From IMG/VR virus record IMGVR_UViG_3300008952_003486, positions 1-52,885 of that record: 52,885 nt of DNA; one strand, given 5' to 3'. Under the pieces are notes generated by a model that was given only the letters and a program-made list of their open reading frames with translations, was not told the origin of the DNA and did not search any database. How positions within the stretch are numbered: position 1 is the first letter of the stretch; each line of letters opens with the position of its first letter. Made by a program: the position numbers and the translations under genes. This DNA comes from a virus. Lineage: Duplodnaviria; Caudoviricetes. Shown here in pieces: positions 29,763 to 38,610 of the stretch.

Positions 29763-30664
29763 ACGCTCCTCCTCTGCTTGCTGTAATCGTCATAAACTAG
29801 ACTGATCCCGTCAGATAATGAAGTAAACTTAAAGTCTTCTAACACAGATAACAACCTAGAAGAATCAACATCTTTTCTAAATTGTCCATCTGGATAATTG
29901 TTGTCATATTTTATGATTAAATTTTCCTTGTCGCATGCAAGGATTCCTATTTTTGCGATCTCATCAATACTGTGAACTTGCGCTGGAGCAACATTAAAAT
30001 TGCCACTTATTTCGTTTTCGATCACACATCTAATGACTCGCGCCAAGTCACCAGCATACATAAATTGCCTTAACGGTCTGCCGGTTCCCCACAACTCTAT
30101 GGACTCATTATTTTCATAGATTTTCCTAATAAGTGAGGAAACAAAGTGACTTTGTTTCTCTTCATACTTATCACCTTCGCCATACAAATTGCAAGGAATT
30201 AAATAAGACCACTTTTTCCCGAATTGGGAAACATAGGAGTCGATGTGCGTTGCCATGCATCTTTTCGAGAATCCATATGAAAAATTAGTTGCCGTTGGTG
30301 GACCGTTGAATAAATCCTCCTCGACCAGAGGATACTTGTCTGAATAATCAGGATACGCACAGGTGCTCAACATGCTTATTACCCTGTCAACGCCCTTGCG
30401 ATGGCAGCACCTCAAAATATTGGTATTCATTATTATATTGTGCTCCAGGAAATCGACTGGGTTATTGATATTATCAATAATGCCACCAACGCGCGCAGCA
30501 AGATGAACAACCACGCTAGGATTATGCTCTTCCAACATGTTTGCTACGTCATCCATAACCAATAAGTCGTATTCTTGTGAGGAGACATATGCCGCGGTGG
30601 GGAGAACCTTTTTTAAACTTTTCCCTACCAATCCACTACCACCAGTAACTAAGATATTAGACAT
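29759..30664 (-). CDS. GDP-L-fucose synthase/ColC-like epimerase-reductase
   Basis: VTGGSGLVG, HLAARVGGI, LSTCAYP, YGFSKR, PCNLYG and WGTGRPLRQF motifs. Confidence 0.88.
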   Translation of the reverse strand: MSNILVTGGSGLVGKSLKKVLPTAAYVSSQEYDLLVMDDVANMLEEHNPSVVVHLAARVGGIIDNINNPVDFLEHNIIMNTNILRCCHRKGVDRVISMLSTCAYPDYSDKYPLVEEDLFNGPPTATNFSYGFSKRCMATHIDSYVSQFGKKWSYLIPCNLYGEGDKYEEKQSHFVSSLIRKIYENNESIELWGTGRPLRQFMYAGDLARVIRCVIENEISGNFNVAPAQVHSIDEIAKIGILACDKENLIIKYDNNYPDGQFRKDVDSSRLLSVLEDFKFTSLSDGISLVYDDYSKQRRSV

Positions 30665-30726
30665 GCATGCTCCCCTTTATTTTTCTATAGTCTTTCATTG
30701 ACATCTACTATCTCCCTTACAAATAT

Positions 30727-31572
30727 TCATAATTTTACCCAACTGTCAGGAAATGCGTCTTCCAAACTATAGTGATCGTAAGCTGGTCCAAACCACTCAG
30801 TCTTGGGTGCCACAATTATTTTGTTTTGCGACGGGTTCAGATAGGATGCCCACCAGCTAAAAGTTGAGTTTCCTATCACATTGTGATCGCACATAGACAT
30901 TAAAGTAAAATCTTTTATGTTATTTAACTCGTTATCGATAGGAATAAAATCAACATTAATATCTTTCAACACATTACCGGCAGAATCTAAATCGCCCGAA
31001 AAAAGAAGTATGTTATAATCTTCCATCTTTTTACTCTCTTTCGTGCTAATGATATCCAAAGATTTTTTATAAAAATCACTTGAAACATTTTTGTAAAAAT
31101 GCTGAATCTGTGGTTGGCTCTTGTGGAGATTGTAATCTCTATAATGAAGTGCTATGGTGCTTTTCCTAAAGAGGTGTCTATATTTCTCTCTCATGTGATT
31201 TATATTTCTCTTGCTTATTTCAAATTCTTCTAGCATGTTTACACCACTGAAATACTTCTCAGATTGGTAATATCCATTATAGCAGATATCAATGTCCACT
31301 GGCAAAGGCATATAATGATGTGCGGCGCCTGTTTGGCAATGATGCTGATATTGGCGCATGTGTGACTCATCATATTCTATATCAGAAAAGTATGTAAATT
31401 TGTTATCAAAGAGGGCATCAAACTCTAATTCTGCATGTCCAAGAATTTGAAGAGGTCGAGAAACTCTCCTCTTGATATAGTAGGGAATATTGTGAGTCTT
31501 ATGTAGGTTGTATAACATTGCAAATTGAAACAAGTTGTTGCCTAGGCCGCCGGCGAAATTGCAAGTAATCAT
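30727..31572 (-). CDS. GT11 glycosyltransferase (alpha-1,2-fucosyl/colitosyltransferase family)
   Basis: GGLGNNLFQ, GYYQSEKYF, ALHYR and MSMCDHNVIGNSTFSWWASYL motifs. Confidence 0.9.
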   Translation of the reverse strand: MITCNFAGGLGNNLFQFAMLYNLHKTHNIPYYIKRRVSRPLQILGHAELEFDALFDNKFTYFSDIEYDESHMRQYQHHCQTGAAHHYMPLPVDIDICYNGYYQSEKYFSGVNMLEEFEISKRNINHMREKYRHLFRKSTIALHYRDYNLHKSQPQIQHFYKNVSSDFYKKSLDIISTKESKKMEDYNILLFSGDLDSAGNVLKDINVDFIPIDNELNNIKDFTLMSMCDHNVIGNSTFSWWASYLNPSQNKIIVAPKTEWFGPAYDHYSLEDAFPDSWVKL

Positions 31573-32423
31573 AGTGTTTCTCCACTACCTCTCATATAGT
31601 TCAAGTACATATAATCTTCGGAAGTGTCCACAGAGATTGCTAATTTTAAATTCTTTTTTATACTTTCCATTTTTGAATAGTATAATTCCTCAGTCAGCGA
31701 TCCGATATCGTCCAATTCTTCTAAAAAGATTATTCCATCCTTATCAAAATAATCTCCTATATTTTTCATCCCCCAAAATATAGGGATCGTACCGGTGGCA
31801 AAACAATCAAGTACCTTTTCAGTGAATAGGTCATTATAATTATCATTTTCCATGGCAAAGGAAAACATGTAATCTTTTAATCCTAAAATTTTCCCCGATT
31901 CTAATCCGCCATCTGTCTCAATTGCGTGAGGCAGTTCCTTAGATCCAAATCCCCTCCCATAATGATCGGTGATGCCTGCATATTTCCCTATCATTTGTTG
32001 GCGGAACATATGCCCCGCGCACATCCTCTTGCTAGATCCTATAAATGATACTAGTTTGCTCTTGGAGTATATCTTCCTGTTCTGAATCCAAGGGACTGCG
32101 GGCGGATTAACAAATTTAAAAAACAAAGGATCCGTTTCGATGATTCTTCTATCGTGAGTAAAAATAAAGAGAAATTTTTCTCTGTATCTATCTATATTTC
32201 CTAAAACATTTTGAATGACCTGTGGGATTATAGAACTTGATTCCGCGATGTGGCCGTAGTTTTTCTTAGTAGGATCGCAGGGAATCTCAAGACCATTATC
32301 AATATGAATTGACACGGGTGCGCTCCCGTCGCGTACCCACTCTACATGATTGTTTTTGTTGAGGGACGATGAGCAGTTCTCATGTTGAAATCCTCCACCG
32401 ACCATATTAAATTTTACTTTCAT
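31569..32423 (-). CDS. GT10-like glycosyltransferase (alpha-1,3/4-fucosyltransferase family)
   Basis: YMFSFAMEN...FTEKVLDCFATGTIPIFWG motif; ATG at 32423 (MKVKFNMV) preferred as start. Confidence 0.82.
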   Translation of the reverse strand: MKVKFNMVGGGFQHENCSSSLNKNNHVEWVRDGSAPVSIHIDNGLEIPCDPTKKNYGHIAESSSIIPQVIQNVLGNIDRYREKFLFIFTHDRRIIETDPLFFKFVNPPAVPWIQNRKIYSKSKLVSFIGSSKRMCAGHMFRQQMIGKYAGITDHYGRGFGSKELPHAIETDGGLESGKILGLKDYMFSFAMENDNYNDLFTEKVLDCFATGTIPIFWGMKNIGDYFDKDGIIFLEELDDIGSLTEELYYSKMESIKKNLKLAISVDTSEDYMYLNYMRGSGETL

Positions 32424-32466
32424 GTGGCGCCTTCTTGAGAATAACAAAAAAAGAACAATGATCCAC
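32402..32466. repeat. 65-bp direct repeat, copy 1
   Basis: 61/65 identical to 33150-33214. Confidence 0.95.
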
Positions 32467-32484
32467 CCTTAAGGTTGCAATAGA

Positions 32485-33114
32485 TCATCTTTTTTTCTCC
32501 CAGTTCTCCCAAGTAAAATAGTAATCATATGTGAGAGTGTGAGTTTTTGCAAGATTATTTCGTATCTTCATCCAGCGTTCAAAAAAATTATCAACAGGAT
32601 ACTGCCAGTGAAATTGAACTTGTATATTATCGCATCTAAGGTGGATGCCGTCATCTATCATGTGCTCAAGTAACTCATATTCAGCACCCTCTATATTGAG
32701 TTTACAAACATCTATTTTTTCAATATTATTCTCTTCTAAATAATCGGACATTCGTTTAAAAGACACGACAGTCTTCTCTTCGCTCTCATTTTCATAAACA
32801 CTGAAACCATCGGTCTGATTCTCAAGTCCCGTCTCCACTGTTTTCGTCTCGCTAGATAATCCATAGTCGCGAACTACAAATCTTGGTTCTTTATAATTGC
32901 CTTTCAAGTATTCTATATAAGATGGTAAAATTTCAAACATATGCACCGTACCGCCATGGCGTGATATCATTTGTTCTGCCCATCCTCCCTTATAAGATCC
33001 CAAATCAAAGAACACCGGTGTGGAGGAGAGAGCATATTCATATCTTCTCTTCTCTTGCCCAGTATATATCCAGCGATGAACTTCTACCTCAAACCTTTTA
33101 CGATCAAACTCCAT
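32485..33114 (-). CDS. FkbM-family SAM-dependent methyltransferase
   Basis: FDLGSYKG, FEI, KLNIEGAEY and IQVQFH motifs; AGGAGA RBS. Confidence 0.85.
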   Translation of the reverse strand: MEFDRKRFEVEVHRWIYTGQEKRRYEYALSSTPVFFDLGSYKGGWAEQMISRHGGTVHMFEILPSYIEYLKGNYKEPRFVVRDYGLSSETKTVETGLENQTDGFSVYENESEEKTVVSFKRMSDYLEENNIEKIDVCKLNIEGAEYELLEHMIDDGIHLRCDNIQVQFHWQYPVDNFFERWMKIRNNLAKTHTLTYDYYFTWENWEKKR

Positions 33115-33149
33115 TTATTACAATCTCCTTTTTGCGCTTGTATGGGGCG

Positions 33150-33214
33150 CCATATTAAATTTCACTTTCATGCGGTGCCTTCTTGAGAATAACGAAAAAA
33201 GAACAATGATCCAC
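33150..33214. repeat. 65-bp direct repeat, copy 2
   Basis: 61/65 identical to 32402-32466. Confidence 0.95.
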
Positions 33215-33802
33215 ATCCTGTCTAACCTTATTCTTAAAAATATAAGGAGTTGTAATAAAGAGGGGAGCAAAAATAGATCGCTCCCAAATGTGTTTAGGAA
33301 AGATACTAACGTGCCATTGTGGATGAGGATCTAAGGATACGCTTCCTATAAAGATGCCGCCCGGTGCAAGATGATCGTGGATATTCTGCATAAGAACCTT
33401 TAGGTTGTCTGCTGGAATATGCTCAAGTACTTCCCATGCACTAATGCAATCAAATAAGACGCGCTCATCATTTTCGTCTGTAATTTGGAACGGGTGAGCA
33501 ATATCGCATGTAAATAAATTCTTATTATGATATTCGGGCCAGTTAGCGCGCTGGTGCACAATACTGTAATCGCTACCCTCCAATCCGATGGCGTCGCTGC
33601 CTCTTTTCAATAAATCAACTATTAGTTGACCCCCAGAGCATCCCAAATCCATATACTTAATTGGTCGATTTTCAAAATATTCTAGAACTTCGTCAATATA
33701 CCCTTGGTTTGAATTATTATCCCGCGAAGTTCCTTCCGGGATGATGTGGTCCAAACTATCATATGCTATGGGCTTATCTGTTACAACTTTATACTTTATC
33801 AT
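33155..33802 (-). CDS. Class I SAM-dependent methyltransferase
   Basis: MDLGCSGG, FDCISAWEVLEHI and LAPGG motifs. Confidence 0.88.
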   Translation of the reverse strand: MIKYKVVTDKPIAYDSLDHIIPEGTSRDNNSNQGYIDEVLEYFENRPIKYMDLGCSGGQLIVDLLKRGSDAIGLEGSDYSIVHQRANWPEYHNKNLFTCDIAHPFQITDENDERVLFDCISAWEVLEHIPADNLKVLMQNIHDHLAPGGIFIGSVSLDPHPQWHVSIFPKHIWERSIFAPLFITTPYIFKNKVRQDVDHCSFFVILKKAPHESEI

Positions 33803-34509
33803 TGTATTCTCCTTTTTTCTGCCAACTGCTGGCGCGCTTCTTCTCTAATTCTGCTAGCGTCTGGATACGACTCAGTGGTCGCCGTTAAATTATGGGGATG
33901 TAAATTATAGTGAACGACTGTTTCCCCTAAATTATGAATCTGATATCCGGCGCCGATGGCCCTTAACCACAGTTCATAATCTTCGGCGAAATACACAGGC
34001 TCCTCCCGGTATCCTCCAATATCTAAAATCTTTTCTCTTTTAAATACAACAGTTGGATGGTTGATAAACCAATAAGATTGAAGTGCCAGTTCAGGAGTAA
34101 TTATTGGGGGATGGTTTGTCTGTTGACGTGTTGGGAATATTAAAATTTGTCCCCCCAATATGTCTACATCTGGATTTTGCTTCATGTAAATTAGTTGCAG
34201 CAATAATCTATCTGGTAGCATCACATCGTCGGCGTCCATCCGCGCTACTAAATCATATTTGCAACGAGACAATCCATGATTCAGCGCCACGGAGAGATTT
34301 TTTTTATTTTCATGCCTACTGCACTGATGGACTGTTATTTTTGAATTTTCAGAATAATTCCCAAGAGTTTCAATTGTCTCCTGGTTATCGCTCCCATTAT
34401 CGACAATGACAATCTCATAATCATCAATCGTTTGTTGGAGGCAACTCTCCAGGCATTTTACTAGAAAATGCTTAGGCGTATTGTAAACTGGAATTAGTAC
34501 GGAAATCAT
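33799..34509 (-). CDS. GT2 glycosyltransferase
   Basis: ISVLIPVYN, VDNGS, RMDADD and AEDYELW motifs; start taken at MISVLIP. Confidence 0.9.
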   Translation of the reverse strand: MISVLIPVYNTPKHFLVKCLESCLQQTIDDYEIVIVDNGSDNQETIETLGNYSENSKITVHQCSRHENKKNLSVALNHGLSRCKYDLVARMDADDVMLPDRLLLQLIYMKQNPDVDILGGQILIFPTRQQTNHPPIITPELALQSYWFINHPTVVFKREKILDIGGYREEPVYFAEDYELWLRAIGAGYQIHNLGETVVHYNLHPHNLTATTESYPDASRIREEARQQLAEKRRIQ

Positions 34510-34514
34510 ATCTC

Positions 34515-35585
34515 TTATAACCTCTCCTTCAGTATGGAAACTATCTTTGATGATGTCTCTCCATTTCCCAACCACTCAGTAGAACCCTGAAAAAAGGGAC
34601 AAAGTGCCCATGCTAACGAATCTTCATAAAGTGACTCATCATCCAAATCCAACAACATAAAACTACAACCACCTTCCAGCGACTCTGGTCTTTCCGTAAA
34701 CTCTCGGGGGACGATTACCGGGATGTCCAACAATGCTGGTTCTTCCTGTGCTGTGCCGCTATCGCTTATAATAAATAAACTATCTTGCATAAACCTTATG
34801 TAATCCTTGTAACCCATCAAATCAACGGTCTCGATATTTCCCTTGGATATCCCAAAGTCTTTTAGCGCATTTTCCGTTCGACCAAACTTTAACATCTTGA
34901 CGGTGGCGCCTGTCGATTCAGCACAATAATTTGCATATTTAATAATGGAACTCAAGCGATCTTTATATTTAAAATTCTCAGGTCTATGGATATCCAACAA
35001 GATATGCTCGCGAGTCCCCTTATATTGAAGGTCCGCCATTTTGAGGAGCGGCTCCACGACAGTGTTTCCTACAACAAAGATCTTCTCTTCGGGGATTCCC
35101 TCTTTCAATGCCTTTTCTTTATAGTTTTCATGATATACAAAAAGAAAATTACTCACGTGATCGCACACTTTTCGATTTATCTCTTCCAGCATCCTCTCGT
35201 CATAACTCCTCATTCCTGCCTCAATATGACCAACCTTATATCCCTCTTTTCTGACTGGCACAGACGCTAGAACCGAATTACTATCTCCTAGAAACAAGAT
35301 GATATCTGGATCTATGTCATCCTTCTTTAGTTGGTCGATTATCGCTGGTCCCAAGTCCGCTTGCTGTTGGTAGTGAGTCTTTCCTGCCGCACCTATTGAT
35401 AGATTATAATCAGGTTTGCGGATGTTCAAATCTTCAAAGAAAACGTCTGACAGCAATTTATCATAATGTTGCCCCGTGTGCATTAGGATGTGATTGCACC
35501 AAGATGCTGCATCGAGTTTTGTGAAGATCTCCGACATTCTTATAAAGTCGGGTCGGATGCCTGTAACTGTTACTACTGTCTTCAC
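34515..35585 (-). CDS. UDP-N-acetylhexosamine 2-epimerase (non-hydrolysing, FnlC/WecB family)
   Basis: GIRPDFIR, HTGQHYD, HIEAGMRS, EEINR and SDSGTAQEE motifs. Confidence 0.9.
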   Translation of the reverse strand: MKTVVTVTGIRPDFIRMSEIFTKLDAASWCNHILMHTGQHYDKLLSDVFFEDLNIRKPDYNLSIGAAGKTHYQQQADLGPAIIDQLKKDDIDPDIILFLGDSNSVLASVPVRKEGYKVGHIEAGMRSYDERMLEEINRKVCDHVSNFLFVYHENYKEKALKEGIPEEKIFVVGNTVVEPLLKMADLQYKGTREHILLDIHRPENFKYKDRLSSIIKYANYCAESTGATVKMLKFGRTENALKDFGISKGNIETVDLMGYKDYIRFMQDSLFIISDSGTAQEEPALLDIPVIVPREFTERPESLEGGCSFMLLDLDDESLYEDSLAWALCPFFQGSTEWLGNGETSSKIVSILKERL

Positions 35586-37306
35586 TATCCCTCCAAGACC
35601 TCTTCTATCGCCTTAGAGATAGTTGAGTTGAAACTTTTATAATTTTCCATTGTCATGGCATTATTAACTTTTTGAGTTACTGGACTTCCACCGTACCAAT
35701 GAATCGCAATCGATTTTTCTTTCACCTCAGAATATTCATCTCTCTCGAAGATGGCGGGAATATCGGAGTGATCATAGAGATAAAACTCCGAACACAGAAG
35801 CGAATCGTAGTGAACAGGAACACTTTTGCCAGTTCGATCTTTGAAATTGAGTGTAAGTTTTTGATTGCCATCATAATATATTTCGCTGCTGCCGGCGGGA
35901 GACATTAGGTGGTTAATCAGGTTTGGTCCGACTGACTGGTAAAGCAACTCGTTGCCTGATAATAATATTTTCTTGGATTCTCTCATCAATTTTCCATAAA
36001 ATGGATTACGATTTTTGCTAGAGAGCATAATTCCTATGCGAGATCCATGGTTGTGGTTTATGTTCAAAGCACAATCAAGAGTTCGGTTTTGCGCCCTGTT
36101 TATTTCTATCTCTTTCATGCTCTTAGTAAATAGGACATCCATGTCACTCCACATTCCTCCGTAGTGATGCAGCAAATACCACCTAAAATAATCGGACTTA
36201 TGAACTTCCGACACTTTATGTTCGCCGAATATCTTTCCAAAGTCAACTTCCACTATCTTGACGGGCAACTCCTTCACTTTCTCAAAATAGTCTTCCATGT
36301 TATCATAATCCTCTACGTCGCAGCGATGAAACTTATCGTTCCACGTAGATGATTCTTGCAACTCTTTGGGAACATATAGGACGGCGGACCAGTCCGGATT
36401 CATTTTCTTAAAAGAATATAAGGTCATATACCTCAGAAAAGACATCTTACTGGATCCCCAGTAAAAATGTGCCACTCTAGGAACTTTCTCCAAATGCCAT
36501 CGTATATAGGATGAGTCAATCATGCTCCAAGTCATAGCATTTGCACCCACAACACATGCCCTATTTTGATTTGAGAGCGCATCGGGCGGATCTTTATGAG
36601 TGCCGAGAGAGTCATCTATATATCCTACTCGCGAATTCATTCCCATCTTCACCGCCATATAATAATCTTCGCCAGGAATAGTTAGGAAATCTCCACACTT
36701 GTTCTTGAGTCGCATGGTAAACATGAAATTTACACCCTGAAAGCATTGTTCTCTGTTGATATCAACCCAAGTGTCAACGGGGAAACCCTTCCCACTAAAT
36801 TCGTTGGGATGATATTCTCCAAACGCTAACCTACGATATCCAAAATGATTATCCGCCGGCACATACGGACGAATATACATCAGCGCCGGATGATCGCTAT
36901 TAAGCGAATTTCTCTTTTTTATCTTTCTAACAAACTCAGACTCATATGCTCCCACCACATATTCTATATCGCGATTTTCCTTGAGAAAGGAAACCATTTT
37001 CGAAACAAAGTGGGGAGACTTTGCATCATCAGAAGAAAACCATGTGCCAAATTCACCATTTGCCTTTGAGAACCCATAATTTAGGGCGGCGCCGGTTCCC
37101 CCATTTTCTTGATTATAGTATCTCAGATTGTCATGCTTCGAGCAATATTCCTTAAGAATACTCTCTGTGTCGTCAGTCGATCCATCGTTGACTATTATAA
37201 CCTCTATAGAATCGTAAGTTTGAGCGACAATATCGTCCAATGCTGATCGGAGATATGGCTCGTCATTGTATGTTGGGACAACAATAGAGACTAATCCCTC
37301 TTTCAT
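35585..37306 (-). CDS. Bifunctional glycosyltransferase, GT2 + GT32-like (DXD) domains
   Basis: N-terminal VSIVVPTYN/VNDGSTD; C-terminal VPRVAHFYW...SDYFRWYLLHHYGGMWSDMD...GP. Confidence 0.82.
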   Translation of the reverse strand: MKEGLVSIVVPTYNDEPYLRSALDDIVAQTYDSIEVIIVNDGSTDDTESILKEYCSKHDNLRYYNQENGGTGAALNYGFSKANGEFGTWFSSDDAKSPHFVSKMVSFLKENRDIEYVVGAYESEFVRKIKKRNSLNSDHPALMYIRPYVPADNHFGYRRLAFGEYHPNEFSGKGFPVDTWVDINREQCFQGVNFMFTMRLKNKCGDFLTIPGEDYYMAVKMGMNSRVGYIDDSLGTHKDPPDALSNQNRACVVGANAMTWSMIDSSYIRWHLEKVPRVAHFYWGSSKMSFLRYMTLYSFKKMNPDWSAVLYVPKELQESSTWNDKFHRCDVEDYDNMEDYFEKVKELPVKIVEVDFGKIFGEHKVSEVHKSDYFRWYLLHHYGGMWSDMDVLFTKSMKEIEINRAQNRTLDCALNINHNHGSRIGIMLSSKNRNPFYGKLMRESKKILLSGNELLYQSVGPNLINHLMSPAGSSEIYYDGNQKLTLNFKDRTGKSVPVHYDSLLCSEFYLYDHSDIPAIFERDEYSEVKEKSIAIHWYGGSPVTQKVNNAMTMENYKSFNSTISKAIEEVLEG

Positions 37307-38595
37307 GAATTGCCCCCCAACGGTTGAAGCAAATCTTCCACTTCATCTTCTTCGTCCCACTTTGTGTCATCGATAGAAGATACCCCCCCCACACAATCAA
37401 AAATCTTATCAAAAGATGATTTTTCAGTAAAAGTACTTCTTACATGTTTTGCTAATTTTTTCGCTTCTGACTTTCGAGGACCATAGTTTTTATACACCTC
37501 GCGCATGGCAGACTTAAAAGAGGACTCTTTCGGAAAGCACCATTGACTATCTGCTTGTAAAACACCCTCCCAGACCGCCTCAGATTGGATAGGAGCGATG
37601 CTGTAGTCCACTTTGGTAAAGTGTGCCTTGCTCTTGGTTTTCCCCTTCTTGTCCTTCCTAGGCGCGTAGAGGAAATCGATATGTCCGCTCCAGTTGGGAG
37701 CAATTACGGGCAACTCATTATAGACTGCCTCAAACAGGGGCAAACCGAATCCCTCTCCATGAGTAGTTGAGAGGATGGCTTTCACATTAGGGTGAGTATA
37801 TATCCCACACATCTCAGATTCACTCATATTTCCATGAACCAAATATATCTTACATTTTCTTTCCGGATATGACTGAAGAAAACCCTCTATTCTTTGGCGG
37901 CAATGAATCCTATCTGCAATATTATTTTTTCTAGTACTTGCCTTTACTACCAAACCAACTTCTTCATCTTTAAATTCCTCCACAAACCACTTTATAGTGT
38001 TACCTAAATTTTTTCTAGGACCCCATTGCGCAACAGTGCAAAAATTAAAATCATAATCTAGTTTTAAATCGATTTTAGTTGGAGTGGTATCTTTTACTGG
38101 ATAGTGAATAATTTCGATTGGAGTGGTATTTCTGAAATCTACCTCAGTGTTGTTTTGCTGGTTATTAAGTTTATACACAGTATTATCGAAAGCATACCTC
38201 GCATGCTCAGACGGAACAATGATCTTGTTTACTACCTTACACTTTTCCACCCACTGTGGAGCAATCTTGGTAGTCTCGATTCCCGCAGTGACGCCAATAT
38301 TCATTGGCGCCATTGCTTGCCACTCCGGTGGAATTGTTACCTGAACTGAAACGTCAAACGTGCCCGGGCCATTATTTCTATAATTTTGAGTCTTTGCTTG
38401 TAAGTAATCCATCCAAGCGCGTTCTTCGGAATCGTCTATCAAGAATCCGGTTTGTCCCCAAGTCGTATTCTCCAAAAATATTTCGAAGTGCTCTTCGTGT
38501 GCGCGCAATGCTCGCAAAATAAGTCGGGCATGCTCGCCGTACCCACTAGATGTGAGCGCTGGTCCACGTACTAAAACTAGTTTCTTGTCTGCCAT
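37303..38595 (-). CDS. GT4-like (GT-B) glycosyltransferase
   Basis: SGYG, RKN and HGEGFGLPLFEA motifs. Confidence 0.85.
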   Translation of the reverse strand: MADKKLVLVRGPALTSSGYGEHARLILRALRAHEEHFEIFLENTTWGQTGFLIDDSEERAWMDYLQAKTQNYRNNGPGTFDVSVQVTIPPEWQAMAPMNIGVTAGIETTKIAPQWVEKCKVVNKIIVPSEHARYAFDNTVYKLNNQQNNTEVDFRNTTPIEIIHYPVKDTTPTKIDLKLDYDFNFCTVAQWGPRKNLGNTIKWFVEEFKDEEVGLVVKASTRKNNIADRIHCRQRIEGFLQSYPERKCKIYLVHGNMSESEMCGIYTHPNVKAILSTTHGEGFGLPLFEAVYNELPVIAPNWSGHIDFLYAPRKDKKGKTKSKAHFTKVDYSIAPIQSEAVWEGVLQADSQWCFPKESSFKSAMREVYKNYGPRKSEAKKLAKHVRSTFTEKSSFDKIFDCVGGVSSIDDTKWDEEDEVEDLLQPLGGNS

Positions 38596-38610
38596 ATATA
38601 TTCTGCTCCT

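Noticed and set aside
32402-33214. Diversity-generating retroelement TR/VR pair, or transposon target-site duplication
   Set aside because: Mismatches are not confined to adenines of one copy; no reverse transcriptase, transposase or inverted repeats in the window; 65 bp is too long for a typical TSD.
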